64,000 bases of DNA from an uncultured Candidatus Saccharibacteria bacterium (GTDB lineage Bacteria; Patescibacteriota; Minisyncoccia; Phycocordibacterales; UBA9973): positions 14,520 to 78,519 of the forward strand of contig CAZFNV010000004.1 of assembly GCA_964520225.1 (NCBI GenBank), in the 5' to 3' direction. Below, one piece after another: positions 18,163 through 28,086 of this stretch; the stretch's first letter is position 1, and every line of letters starts with the position of its first letter. The position numbers and the translations under genes are program-made. The notes below the pieces were generated by a model. That model did not search any database. It was not told the DNA's origin and was given only the letters and a program-made list of their open reading frames with translations.

Positions 18163-18664
18163 TTTTGCTTTTGGTAAGCAGGTATCTGTCTATTAGTGGC
18201 GAGAGAAAGAAAGCTAAACCGATGTTGCCGGCCAGATGAAGTAGCGTGAAAGGTATCTGACCATAAAACGCCCCCACAAAAGACTGACCGAAGAATATCG
18301 GACCGATAGTGAGCCCAGTCATAGCGTCAAAAAATAGCGTGCCCAGGACTGCAAAATACACATAGTTACGCCTATTCGCTTCGCGATTCTTGAAAAAAGC
18401 ATAAGCGAAAACACCGAGCAGCCCGTAAACTATTCCAGTAACAAGCGTCCATACGCCAACTCTGGCAGTTATAAAATCAAAAACCGCCAAGCTTAAAAAG
18501 CCAAAGAAGAAAGCTGATGTTCCGCCGAAGTTACGCGCGATTGGCATCTGCGCTGCAAGAATCGGCTCTAAGTTCGGTGCGCGGAATGGAATCAATCGCA
18601 GTAAAAGGCAAAACGCGAAACACCCTGCTAGCTTTAGATAGTTTTGGGATAAATTTTTAGACAT
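18119..18664 (-). CDS. Small polytopic membrane protein, possible ECF-type S-component (cobalamin-specific CbrT-like?)
   Basis: About 180 aa with 5-6 predicted TM helices. It lies between nrdJ and the adenosyltransferase. The functional assignment is by context only. Confidence 0.35.
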   Translation of the reverse strand: MSKNLSQNYLKLAGCFAFCLLLRLIPFRAPNLEPILAAQMPIARNFGGTSAFFFGFLSLAVFDFITARVGVWTLVTGIVYGLLGVFAYAFFKNREANRRNYVYFAVLGTLFFDAMTGLTIGPIFFGQSFVGAFYGQIPFTLLHLAGNIGLAFFLSPLIDRYLLTKSKNAQVFAFDNKKLLA

Positions 18665-18673
18665 CAGAATAGT

Positions 18674-21025
18674 TTATATCTCACAAACCCCAGAAACACA
18701 AGCAAATTCTTTAGCACCCTGAGTGTGGTCTTCTGATTCATACTGAGACAGTTTAGAGAAATCCAATTTTCCAATAGCACGAGCTCTGCGCTCGTATTCT
18801 TCTTTAGATATTGCCTCGTATGGCGCGAGTTTGTACACATGTTCTGAGCGAGGTAAAAAGGAAAGTCCGCCCACGCTGTTCCAGTTTTCATAAACGAAGT
18901 TACCTACCGCCAGCCACTCGTCTGCGCCGACGTATATAGTTGCAGATGGATTGTGCTCCACAAAGTTTTCTTTTAAGCGCTTCCATTCTGTTAAAAGATC
19001 AATTGCTGATATGTCATCCTTGAAAACTGCACCATCTGGAGCCTTCACTGGGAATTCTAGAACGAAAGTAGTTGCTGTCGCCTCTGACTGACCTACCTCT
19101 GGAAAACAAGGGACTCCTTGATCACGAGCCATCTTTAGTAGTGTGTCGGTGTGCGAGATGCGAACTCGGCGGATGAAATACGGCGCAAACCATGGATGCA
19201 TGCCAGAACCCACTCCGAGAAGCTGACCTGAGTTACCGTGAGGCTTCACGCAAGTGATGGCTGTGGACTGATTGATACCAAAACGCTTTGCGTATTTTTT
19301 ATTAACTGCAATTCCATGCTCTCGCAAAGCATTTAACATTTTGTCTGTTCGAACTCCTTTGTTGTCGTAGTATCCTGTGAGAGATACACCCAGCAACCTC
19401 TCTTCATTACAGTTATCCTTCCACTCCTTGGAAAGAAAACCGAAGTTAGTGAGAGTGGACTGATACGTGCCGAGTATTGTTGCTAGCTCCATTTTTCGTT
19501 TTAAGGTTGCTTCAGTATCGTCAGGACGAATAACTATAGAGGTAAGGTTGCAGAATTGTTTTGAGCGCAAGTAAATTTCTCCGCAAGGATTCACGCCTAT
19601 CTGGCGGTGGTCCTTGATCTTCTCCCAGCGACGAGCTGGCACTTGGCTCTCTAGCCCCCCACGGTTGAATATTCCGCGCTCTCCTGAGCGAGATTTTACA
19701 AGCGCGGTCCACTCTTCTAGAAACTCTTCCGCAGAAGGTTTAGCATTATAAACTGCTGAGTTGTTGGCCATAGAGCGCTGTGGTTCAGCTACATAAAATT
19801 GTCCTTTCTTTGCATCACGCATCTCTATATCCTCAAGCTCTGACAGAGATATAAGCGCGCTTCTGCGAACGCCTCCAGCCACCACGATCATTCCTATCTG
19901 GCATATTATGTCGTGCATATCAAGGTTGGAAAGTCTGCGCCCCTGCTTGGATAAAATCTTTTGTCGTGAAAATTGCATGAGATCCATGAGCGGTTGCGGA
20001 CCAGAAGCTTTACCTCCAGCAGTTTCTAGGCGCGAGCCTGCCGGACGAATGCGAGAATAATCAAACTCCACATCTTTGCCGTCGAACCATGCATCGAGTC
20101 CATATATATAAGCTTTCGCCCAACCTTCTTTGCTGTCTTCAATAATATATTTTGGTAATTTTTCTCCGCTTTGAACTTTAATCTGCGGGAACTTCTGCAC
20201 ATTTTCCCACTCGACGGCAAAACCCACACCACAACCGCACATAGAGTTGTACATTATCTCGCCCAGATCTTGAGTGCATGTAGGCGCAATATAAGAACAA
20301 TTATACGCCCACACATTAGAATTGCGACAAGCTTTGCCTGACGACCATAGCAATCGCATTGATGGACACACATCTTGATTTAGAATTCCTTCGCGTAGAT
20401 CGCTATATTCCTTCGCGGTAAGCTTGTCCCCGAGATTTTCTTTCATGTATTCCATGTAGCGGTCTATAGTTTCGATCCAAGTCTCACGCCTACCCAACTC
20501 TGGTATCCAACGCGCGTAGAATTGGTAGAAAATATATTCAGAATACGCGCTACGGAAATATTTACTAGACTCTTCGACTGCTTTGCGCACCGCTTCCGGC
20601 ACTGGACCGAAGCTTTTGCGAATCTCGGAACGCCTGTTTCTATATAAAATGTATTTTTTGGCAGTATTTTCAAAACCTTTGCGCATTAATTCCTTCTCCA
20701 CAAGGTCTTGGGTCATCTCCACAGTAGGCAGGAATACTGCTTTTTTGTTCTCTACCACTAGATCATTCCTGAGTTTCAATAAATCTGCAAAAACACTCTC
20801 CGCCACTGCCTTTGCTTCCGCTTCATTACCTTCACCACTTGCTTCGAAAGCCTTAGATACAGCGCGCACAATACGAGATAGATCAAAAGGCACCACTTCT
20901 CCGGTGCGACGACGCATTGATTTGATTTTTGATAGATCGACTTTGGAAACTTTGGATGCGGTTTTTATTTTTGTGGGCATAAAAATTAAAATTAGTTTTG
21001 GACTATCATTATACACGTTTCGCAT
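18674..21025 (-). CDS. nrdJ: Class II (adenosylcobalamin-dependent) ribonucleotide reductase NrdJ with N-terminal ATP-cone
   Basis: ATP-cone (VVPFDLSRIVRAV), RNR large-subunit barrel and C-terminal Cys pair. The likely true start is MPTKIK at about 20980, with a TATAAT -10 just upstream. Confidence 0.9.
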   Translation of the reverse strand: MRNVYNDSPKLILIFMPTKIKTASKVSKVDLSKIKSMRRRTGEVVPFDLSRIVRAVSKAFEASGEGNEAEAKAVAESVFADLLKLRNDLVVENKKAVFLPTVEMTQDLVEKELMRKGFENTAKKYILYRNRRSEIRKSFGPVPEAVRKAVEESSKYFRSAYSEYIFYQFYARWIPELGRRETWIETIDRYMEYMKENLGDKLTAKEYSDLREGILNQDVCPSMRLLWSSGKACRNSNVWAYNCSYIAPTCTQDLGEIMYNSMCGCGVGFAVEWENVQKFPQIKVQSGEKLPKYIIEDSKEGWAKAYIYGLDAWFDGKDVEFDYSRIRPAGSRLETAGGKASGPQPLMDLMQFSRQKILSKQGRRLSNLDMHDIICQIGMIVVAGGVRRSALISLSELEDIEMRDAKKGQFYVAEPQRSMANNSAVYNAKPSAEEFLEEWTALVKSRSGERGIFNRGGLESQVPARRWEKIKDHRQIGVNPCGEIYLRSKQFCNLTSIVIRPDDTEATLKRKMELATILGTYQSTLTNFGFLSKEWKDNCNEERLLGVSLTGYYDNKGVRTDKMLNALREHGIAVNKKYAKRFGINQSTAITCVKPHGNSGQLLGVGSGMHPWFAPYFIRRVRISHTDTLLKMARDQGVPCFPEVGQSEATATTFVLEFPVKAPDGAVFKDDISAIDLLTEWKRLKENFVEHNPSATIYVGADEWLAVGNFVYENWNSVGGLSFLPRSEHVYKLAPYEAISKEEYERRARAIGKLDFSKLSQYESEDHTQGAKEFACVSGVCEI

Positions 21026-21159
21026 ATACCCATGTAAAGTGGAAAAGTATGATTTTTGTCAGCAAAAAACAATTAAAACACCTCGTCAATGCGAGCGCAA
21101 AATAGACACGATATTTAAAGCGCCAAATCGAATAAATTTTTGATTATATACCCAAAATG

Positions 21160-21233
21160 TCCACCCTCTTGGACTCGAACCAAGGACCCCAGAGGTATAA
21201 GCTCTGTGCTCTAGCCAGCTGAGCTAAGGGTGG
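21160..21233 (-). tRNA. tRNA-Ile with anticodon UAU (reads AUA); CCA not encoded
   Basis: Reverse complement CCACCCTTAGCTCAGCTGGCTAGAGCACAGAGCTTATACCTCTGGGGTCCTTGGTTCGAGTCCAAGAGGGTGGA. Anticodon stem CAGAG/CTCTG, loop CTTATAC, discriminator A. Confidence 0.7.
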
Positions 21234-21277
21234 AATTTGCTTAACACTATTAAATTAATACTTTCTGCCTGAAAAGT

Positions 21278-23224
21278 CTAGGCGCTCTGAGTCTCTGTGC
21301 CCTTTTTCTTAAGTTCTATGCCATGCGCAACTAGAATCTTCTCATACTCTTCTTGCTCGATTGTTTCTACCTCCATCAGACGCTTTGCTATAGCAGTGAA
21401 TGCTTTTTTATGTTCACTTATAACTTTCTCGGCGGTCTTAAGGCCGTCATTCATTAGTTTAGCCACTTCGGCATCTACTTTTTTCGCAATCTCTTCGGAA
21501 TGTTCTCGTTCAAGCTCCTCACCATAAGCCACCCGACCACCTTGGCCCGCGAGAGCCACCGGTCCGATAGCATCCGACATACCGAAGCGAGTCACCATAG
21601 CCCGCGCAAGGTTGGAAGAAACTTCTAAATCACTCGAAGGTCCAGTAGTTATGTCACCAAACATCATTTTCTCCGCTGCGTACCCTCCGAGCGACATCGC
21701 GATGTCATCGATAAATTCTTTTCTACCTTGCAAGCGCTTTTCTTCTAGTGGGAGCTTTAGCGTGTATCCACCCGCACGACCACGCGCAATTATAGAAACT
21801 TTATGTACTGGGTCAGCATTAGGTAAAACCGAAGCAACTATCGCGTGCCCAGCTTCATGATACGCGGTTATTTCTTTTTCTTTTTTAGAAAGCAGGTGGC
21901 TCTTGCGCTCAGGCCCGAGCATCACTTTCTCGATAGCGCGAATCAAGTCAAACTGAAAAACTTTCTTGCGATTCTCACGGGCAGCAAGTATCGCCCCTTC
22001 GTTCATGAGCGAATACAAATCTGCGCCAGAGAATCCAGGCGTACGTTCCGCAATTAATTTTAAATTAATATCTTCTGAGAGAGGTTTGTCTTTAGCGTGA
22101 ATCGTGAGTATCGCTTCCCTGTCCGCGCGATCTGGTAAATCAAGTATCACTTTCCTGTCAAAACGCCCTGGGCGGATGAGTGCTGGATCTAGCACATCTG
22201 AACGATTGGTGGCTGCCATAACTATAACCTTATCGTTTGGCTCGAAGCCATCCATCTCCACAAGTATTTGGTTGAGTGTTTGCTCGCGTTCATCGTTCCC
22301 CCCGCCGAATCCCCCTCCGCGGGTTCTACCTATCGCATCTATCTCATCCACAAATATTATCGCTGGCGCAGCTTTCTTCGCCATTTTAAAAAGATCACGC
22401 ACCCGAGATGCCCCCACACCCACAAACATTTCTACGAATTCTGAGCCAGAAAGATGGAAGAACGGCACTGAGGCTTCGCCAGCCACTGCACGCGCAAGCA
22501 ATGTCTTGCCCGTGCCTGGCGAACCAGTGAGCATCACACCTTTTGGAATCCGTGCGCCTATATCTAGGAATTTCTTTGGGCTTTTTAAGAAATCTACTAT
22601 TTCTTTCAGTTCTTCCTTAGCCTCTTTGCACCCCGCCACATCTTTGAAGGTAACCTTATTATTCTTGTCGTTTGGGTCAGTGATACGCGCCTTTGACTGA
22701 CCAAAAGAAAAAGCCTGCATGCCAGCACCCTTGACTTGGCGCGAGATATACCAAAAGAAAAGCAGAATGAAAACTACAGGCAAGAGAAATGGTAGAAGGT
22801 TAAACAACCAATACGCAAACCCGCTTTCGTTCTTGACTATGATTTCTGTTTTTTGGAGCGCTTCCTTGTCAACACCGTAATTCGCAAGTGTTTGCGAGAG
22901 TGCTGAGCCAGCCTCCTTCTTGCCTTTCTTCACCTCGTCGTTCTGATAAGTTACAGTCAGAGCCTCACCAGAAACTTCGATCTTTTTGACTTCGCCTGAG
23001 GAAACACTCTGCGCTAATTCAGAAATAGAAACATCCTTCGCGGGTTCACCTCCGCCAGAGAGCGCTAGATACAGCGCTGTGATAAGCATAAAAATAAAAA
23101 CCGCGCCAAAAATAGAGCTTGAAAAATTACTATTGTTATCGCTCTTCTTCCCCTTTTTCTCTGGTTTTTGATTCAAAAGATTAAAATCCATTTCGAGATG
23201 ATAGCATAAAAACACACGAAACAA
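21278..23224 (-). CDS. ftsH: ATP-dependent zinc metalloprotease FtsH
   Basis: Two N-terminal TM helices, AAA module ([13 protein letters not shown]), SRH motif and HEAGHA zinc site. Confidence 0.95.
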   Translation of the reverse strand: MFRVFLCYHLEMDFNLLNQKPEKKGKKSDNNSNFSSSIFGAVFIFMLITALYLALSGGGEPAKDVSISELAQSVSSGEVKKIEVSGEALTVTYQNDEVKKGKKEAGSALSQTLANYGVDKEALQKTEIIVKNESGFAYWLFNLLPFLLPVVFILLFFWYISRQVKGAGMQAFSFGQSKARITDPNDKNNKVTFKDVAGCKEAKEELKEIVDFLKSPKKFLDIGARIPKGVMLTGSPGTGKTLLARAVAGEASVPFFHLSGSEFVEMFVGVGASRVRDLFKMAKKAAPAIIFVDEIDAIGRTRGGGFGGGNDEREQTLNQILVEMDGFEPNDKVIVMAATNRSDVLDPALIRPGRFDRKVILDLPDRADREAILTIHAKDKPLSEDINLKLIAERTPGFSGADLYSLMNEGAILAARENRKKVFQFDLIRAIEKVMLGPERKSHLLSKKEKEITAYHEAGHAIVASVLPNADPVHKVSIIARGRAGGYTLKLPLEEKRLQGRKEFIDDIAMSLGGYAAEKMMFGDITTGPSSDLEVSSNLARAMVTRFGMSDAIGPVALAGQGGRVAYGEELEREHSEEIAKKVDAEVAKLMNDGLKTAEKVISEHKKAFTAIAKRLMEVETIEQEEYEKILVAHGIELKKKGTETQSA

Positions 23225-23255
23225 AAGCGCCTTTTGAGCGCTTTTGTATGTCGAG

Positions 23256-23647
23256 TGGAGATGGGGGAAATCGAATCCCCGTGCAGAAGGTTCTTACTAA
23301 AAAGTCTACATGCTTAGCGCGCTTCAAAGTTTAAATTAAAAAATTAAGAAACGAGCCAAATATTTTTTAATCGATCCCAAAGTTTTCGTGAAATACTTGG
23401 GCGAGTATTTCCTTATCCCGATAATATTACACTTCTACTCATATATCGGAAGTCTATGAGAGAAATGCCGGACTTAGGCTTACGCGAAAGCCGGAGCGAA
23501 AGCAAAATCATTCATACCGAAGTATGGGGATTCTGTTTTGCTGTTAGTCAATTTTGCAATTAACGTTTTGAACGAAGTTTAGCGAGTTTACGTCCATGCT
23601 CGACATGCATTTTAGGAAATAGCCGACTGTCTATGCCTGGCATCCCC
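23256..23647 (-). ncRNA. ssrA: tmRNA (ssrA), standard one-piece
   Basis: 5' GGGGATG pairs with 3' CATCTCC to give a G3:U70 Ala identity pair. T-arm is GGGGATTCGATTTCCCC. An internal frame ...GCA AAA ... GAT TTT GCT TTC GCT CCG GCT TTC GCG TAA gives a tag ending -FAFAPAFA. The gene lies immediately downstream of smpB. Confidence 0.7.
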
Positions 23648-23652
23648 AAATT

Positions 23653-24129
23653 TTATTCTTCTCTTTTCAAAGTTCTCCTGATGTCTCGATCAGTCTCGCG
23701 CTTCTGTATGCTTTGTCTTTTGTCGCGAGTTTTCTTGCCTTTCACCAACACAAGCTCAACTTTAATTTTACTATTTTTATTATACACTGAAATAGGCACT
23801 ATTGTCAAACTCCTATTCTTTTCATTGCCCGCCAGTTCAACAATCTCCTTTTTGGTGAGCAATAGTTTCCTGTTCCGAAGCGGATCATAGTCTGCCCCTG
23901 CATTTTTGGGCTGATAAGCCGGAACGTTGGCGTTTATTAAATATGCTTCCCCGCCCCGAACTATTACAAAAGCCCCCTCGAGAGACATCCTCCCGGCGCG
24001 CACAGATTTTACCTCGAGACCCAAGAGCTCGATACCCGCCTCGTACTTTTCTAGTATTTCATAGTCAAATCTAGCTTTTCTATTTTCAGCATAATTCGCC
24101 ATACTCGTAATATTAGCACAAATATTCAC
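23653..24129 (-). CDS. smpB: SsrA-binding protein SmpB
   Basis: ENRKARFDYEILEKYEAGIELLGLEVKS... matches the SmpB family. The likely true start is MANYAEN. Confidence 0.9.
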   Translation of the reverse strand: MNICANITSMANYAENRKARFDYEILEKYEAGIELLGLEVKSVRAGRMSLEGAFVIVRGGEAYLINANVPAYQPKNAGADYDPLRNRKLLLTKKEIVELAGNEKNRSLTIVPISVYNKNSKIKVELVLVKGKKTRDKRQSIQKRETDRDIRRTLKREE

Positions 24130-24225
24130 CGGCCTGAGAGCGTTTGACTTTATGCCAGAAATAAGCTATTATTCCTCCGTCAAGCTTAGACTAAATAGTT
24201 TACGGTCAGGCGGGCAATATTTACG

Positions 24226-24729
24226 TTGCGAGAAAGAATCAACAACCAAATACGGGCGCAAGAAGTCCGCGTACTAGACAGCGACAACAAAAATCTTGGG
24301 GTTTTAAGTATCAAAGAAGCTCTCGAGATGTCTAATAATCTAGGACTCGACCTGATCGAGATCGCACCGAACGCCAATCCTCCACTATGCAAGATAATGG
24401 ACTTTGGTAAATATCAATACGAAGCGAGTAAGAAGCTGAAAAAGTCAAAGTCCGGAGCTAAAGCCACCGAGACCAAATCTATCCAGATCAAGATCGGCAC
24501 CGGCGACCACGACCTGACACTAAAAGCTAAAACTGCTTCAAAGTGGCTCAAGGAAGGACACCGGATTAAAGTAGAATTGTTTCTAGCTGGGCGCGCAAAG
24601 TATATGGATGAGAGATTCTTGAAAGAAAGGCTAGATAGGGTATTGCATTTAATAACCGAGGATTACAAGATAGCTGACGCTTATAAAAAAGGTCCAAAGG
24701 GTTTAACAACAACAATAGAAAGAAAATAG
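24226..24729 (+). CDS. infC: Translation initiation factor IF-3
   Basis: INNQIRAQEVRVLDSDNKNLGVLSIKEALEMSNNLGLDLIEI... IF-3 N- and C-terminal domains. Confidence 0.9.
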   Translation: MRERINNQIRAQEVRVLDSDNKNLGVLSIKEALEMSNNLGLDLIEIAPNANPPLCKIMDFGKYQYEASKKLKKSKSGAKATETKSIQIKIGTGDHDLTLKAKTASKWLKEGHRIKVELFLAGRAKYMDERFLKERLDRVLHLITEDYKIADAYKKGPKGLTTTIERK

Positions 24730-24753
24730 TTCTATTAACTCACTATAAATAAT

Positions 24754-24951
24754 ATGGGACGAGGAACAAAAACAAATAAATCATACACTAAGAGATTGAA
24801 GCTTACTAAGAACGGCAAGATTATCGCTCGTAAAGCAGGCTTCAATCATTTTAACGCCAAGCAGTCTAGAACGGCACAGCTCGCTGGTCGCAAAGGTAAC
24901 AGTTTTGTTATCAAAAACAAACCGAAGAGCCACCTGCTTCCGTTCAACTAA
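24754..24951 (+). CDS. rpmI: 50S ribosomal protein L35
   Basis: 65-aa basic protein between infC and rplT. Confidence 0.85.
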   Translation: MGRGTKTNKSYTKRLKLTKNGKIIARKAGFNHFNAKQSRTAQLAGRKGNSFVIKNKPKSHLLPFN

Positions 24952-24987
24952 CTTGCAACTTTATAACTTTATAACTTTGAACTTACA

Positions 24988-25332
24988 ATGACTAGAGTAA
25001 AAAAGGGAGTACACGCATTAAAAAGAAGGAGAAGTGTTTTAAAGCAAACCAAGGGCTTCCGCCATGGCAGGAAGAGCAAAGAGCGTCAAGCTAAAGACGC
25101 ATTGCTCCACGCCGGAGCTTATGCTTTCGCACATCGCCGAGACAAAAAGTCACACAATCGCAAGCTTTGGAACATCAAGATCAATGCAGGCGCACGCGAA
25201 CAAGGCCTCTCATATTCAAAACTTATCGACAGCCTTACGAAGAAAAAGGTAATGCTCGACCGTAAAATTCTCGCCGACCTAGCCGAGAATCATCCCGCCA
25301 CTTTCACTAGAGTTTTAGCAAGCATAAAATAA
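24988..25332 (+). CDS. rplT: 50S ribosomal protein L20
   Basis: MTRVKKGVHALKRRR... L20 signature. Confidence 0.9.
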   Translation: MTRVKKGVHALKRRRSVLKQTKGFRHGRKSKERQAKDALLHAGAYAFAHRRDKKSHNRKLWNIKINAGAREQGLSYSKLIDSLTKKKVMLDRKILADLAENHPATFTRVLASIK

Positions 25333-25335
25333 ACC

Positions 25336-25941
25336 CTACTTGGGGTTTATTTTATATTCACCTACTTTGTGCTTATTTATAGTTGCGATAACATCAGCTA
25401 CTAACTGTTTAGGATCGCTATTGAAACTGATCTTGTCGTTTGGACGATGACCTCTTTCTAGAATCGTGCGTATCGTTTCATCCATATCCCACGAACCTTC
25501 CAGTATGCCTATAGGCTTATCATCTTCGAAAGCTACAGTGAATTCATGTATTGTGCCTATGCGTCCACACCCACAGATTACCGCGTCAGCTGATTTAGTC
25601 AGAAGTAAATCTCGCCCAGGATAACCAAAACCGGTATAAATAATCAAATCAAGGTAATCGATAGGCAGTTTGTATACTTCTACATGTTCCCGCTCGGAAC
25701 CTGCCGGAGAAAAGCCTATTGAGACTCCCCCAGCCTCCTTAGCACCCATCGCGGCCCAAAGTGGAAAACCAGTGGTAGCCCCAGTAATCAGTATGGCTCC
25801 CTGCCTTACTATTTCTCTGCCCAGCTCTTTAGCGCGGTCGAGCGCATCCACCCCACAATGACCCGTATCGGCAGCGCCAGAAACACAAATCTTTAATTGT
25901 CGATGCCCATGCTTCAAAAAAACACTTTTGTCTTTATCCAT
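25336..25941 (-). CDS. TIGR00725-like Rossmann-fold protein (LOG/SLOG-related)
   Basis: ICVSGAADTGHCG...ILITGATTGFPLWAAMGAKEAGG... pattern of the LOG/DprA-like family. Confidence 0.5.
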   Translation of the reverse strand: MDKDKSVFLKHGHRQLKICVSGAADTGHCGVDALDRAKELGREIVRQGAILITGATTGFPLWAAMGAKEAGGVSIGFSPAGSEREHVEVYKLPIDYLDLIIYTGFGYPGRDLLLTKSADAVICGCGRIGTIHEFTVAFEDDKPIGILEGSWDMDETIRTILERGHRPNDKISFNSDPKQLVADVIATINKHKVGEYKINPK

Positions 25942-25950
25942 AAAAATATT

Positions 25951-25998
25951 ATACCCTGTAGTGAATCCTGCCGCCAGCAGGATCTACTACGGGGTTAT
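25951..25998 (-). terminator. Long imperfect hairpin plus U-run downstream of the MBL ribonuclease gene
   Basis: ccctgtagtgaatcctgc cgcc agcaggatctactacgggg, followed on the minus strand by TATAATATTTTT. Confidence 0.35.
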
Positions 25999-26032
25999 AC
26001 CCGAAAAAACCGTGTGGGTAAAATAAAGAAAA

Positions 26033-27415
26033 TTAAAAATTAATCGTTGCAGTATCGTCAGCTTCTGGCACTGCAACTTCGATACCAAGATGATCGCGAA
26101 TTTTCTGAGCCAAGAACATTGAGCTCTTAGGTTCCCCCATTACCACGAAAACTTTCTTCAAGCTCTCTTGCGTATCTTCAATAAAACTGATTAGTCCATC
26201 TGAATCCTTGTGCCCTGAATAACCATTGATAGTCACCACATGCGCCCGTACTGGCACATTCTCCCCTGTTATGCGCACCGTCTTCACTCCTTCTTGAATC
26301 AACCTACCAGGTGTGCCTACAGATTGGTATCCCGCTAAAAGTATAGTGTTGTTTGATCCAGGTAAATAGTGGCGTTCATGGTGGACTATTCTCCCCCCTG
26401 TCGACATACCAGAGCCAGCGATCACTATCTTGGGATCAGGCACTCCTGAAATCAACTTCGAGTCTTCGGAGCGCAGTGTGGTATGTAAACCAGGGAAATC
26501 AAAGATATATTTATCAGTGGTCATTAATTTCTGCGCTGTGTCGTTAAGGTAATCTTTATATTGCTTAAATATCTCAGTAATTCTGATCGCAAGCGGTGAA
26601 TCGAAGAATATAGGCATTACTGGAATGCGGTTGCCCTCTACTAGAGCATTAAGCTCAAACAGAAGCTCCTGTGAACGCTCAAGAGAGAAAGTGGGAATAA
26701 TGAGGGTACCCTTGCGTTTATAGTTGTCTTCTATCACAGCCTCTAGAAACCTCCTACGTTCATCACGAGACTCATGATTCCTGTCGCCATAAACTGACTC
26801 TATGACAAGGTAATCTATATCGGTAACCTTATCTGTATCGGGCAATATAGGTGAAGGACTGTTACCCAAGTCACCAGTAAACAGAACTTTCTTACCCTGA
26901 TAATTAAAAAGAACCATTGCCGAGCCTAAGATATGCCCAGCATTCAGGAATTCGACGGAGAGATCTTGGGTTACTTCAATCTTATTTTTATAATCGAAAC
27001 CTTGCCATAATGAAAAGGCTTTGCGGATGTTGTCCACTGTGTATATTTTATCTAAGCCGGCATCGTTATTAAGAGACAATATATTCATAGTGTCTTCTAG
27101 CATGGGTAAAGAAAGAGCGCGAGTAGGAGGTGTAGAATATATCTTGCCACGAAATCCTTCATGAATAAGCTTCGGAATTCTGCCTATATGATCCACATGA
27201 GCGTGGGTTATAAAAAGGCTATCAATACTTTTTGGGTCATAAGGAAAAGGGTCCCAGTTTACCTCATCTGCCACTTTCATACCCTGAGTAAGGCCGCAGT
27301 CAATCAGAATTTTCTTGTCAGCGATTTCGATCAGAAAATTCGAGCCTGTCACCGTGCCTGCACCACCACAGAAAGTTATCTTGGCTGTTTTTCCATTAGA
27401 ACTATTAGTTGTCAT
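26033..27415 (-). CDS. Beta-CASP family MBL-fold ribonuclease (CPSF73/RNase J-like)
   Basis: HAHVDHIG motif, beta-CASP motifs and a C-terminal RNA-metabolising MBL domain. Confidence 0.75.
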   Translation of the reverse strand: MTTNSSNGKTAKITFCGGAGTVTGSNFLIEIADKKILIDCGLTQGMKVADEVNWDPFPYDPKSIDSLFITHAHVDHIGRIPKLIHEGFRGKIYSTPPTRALSLPMLEDTMNILSLNNDAGLDKIYTVDNIRKAFSLWQGFDYKNKIEVTQDLSVEFLNAGHILGSAMVLFNYQGKKVLFTGDLGNSPSPILPDTDKVTDIDYLVIESVYGDRNHESRDERRRFLEAVIEDNYKRKGTLIIPTFSLERSQELLFELNALVEGNRIPVMPIFFDSPLAIRITEIFKQYKDYLNDTAQKLMTTDKYIFDFPGLHTTLRSEDSKLISGVPDPKIVIAGSGMSTGGRIVHHERHYLPGSNNTILLAGYQSVGTPGRLIQEGVKTVRITGENVPVRAHVVTINGYSGHKDSDGLISFIEDTQESLKKVFVVMGEPKSSMFLAQKIRDHLGIEVAVPEADDTATINF

Positions 27416-27791
27416 AAGTTAGTATTTTATTCTTAAAGTAAATAATGGCCCCACTTCCACCTAACAAATCAAAAAATAAGTCTGACAAGGTGTCCACTTG
27501 GTCGAAAGGATTCTCAGCAACATGATTGATGAAATAAAATTCAAAGATCTCCCAGCCCACACCTATCAAAAGCACAGCACCTAGTGTCTTCCATACCAAC
27601 CTCTGATTAATATCTGTCGCAGAAACTAAATATAGATAAGCGAGAGCCACCCACAACCCGCCCAGAAAATGCATAATCATGTCGAAATACCAAATACTAT
27701 AGTACCAGTAGAACTTGTTCGCTAAAAAATTCAGGACAAATATAACCGCAATCAGACCTGCCACCGTTTTCCGAAATTCTTTTCGTTCCAT
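27405..27791 (-). CDS. Small membrane protein, hypothetical
   Basis: Four predicted TM helices, no recognisable motif. Confidence 0.35.
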   Translation of the reverse strand: MERKEFRKTVAGLIAVIFVLNFLANKFYWYYSIWYFDMIMHFLGGLWVALAYLYLVSATDINQRLVWKTLGAVLLIGVGWEIFEFYFINHVAENPFDQVDTLSDLFFDLLGGSGAIIYFKNKILTYDN

Positions 27792-28086
27792 TGTTTTATT
27801 TTACCACATTCTCAAGAAAAAACCCCGCTTAGCAGGGTTACTTCTTAGGACTATTTCAGATATATTACCATAGCTCTAAAGCTAGGTGGGTGCCAGATGC
27901 GAGAGACCACGGTCAAACACAATCGAAGCTCCCAAATTTAAGTGTTCTAGGTAATAATCAGAAATAACCCTACTTAAATTCTATGCTCATCCCAGAATAA
28001 AAACAACTAGACACACCGTTTTTTATGTATCTGAATGATATTTGCTGAACAAAACGCTTATTTCCTCTGTAGATTCGTAAGTTTAT

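Noticed and set aside
18664-18891. 75-aa ORF overlapping the nrdJ 3' end
   Set aside because: Out-of-frame overlap with a well-supported gene. No independent signal.
21026-21159. Searched for an NrdR box upstream of nrdJ
   Set aside because: No 16-bp palindrome of the acaCwAtATaTwGtgt type. Only a TATAAT -10 candidate at 21008-21013 (minus strand).
22104-22700. 198-aa plus-strand ORF
   Set aside because: Antisense to the AAA module of ftsH. No start context.
27841-28086. ~250-bp non-coding stretch upstream of ndk considered as an SRP or 6S RNA candidate
   Set aside because: No SRP domain IV consensus (GGAA/AGCAGC) and no convincing 6S-like long irregular helix. Most likely a promoter or 5' UTR.
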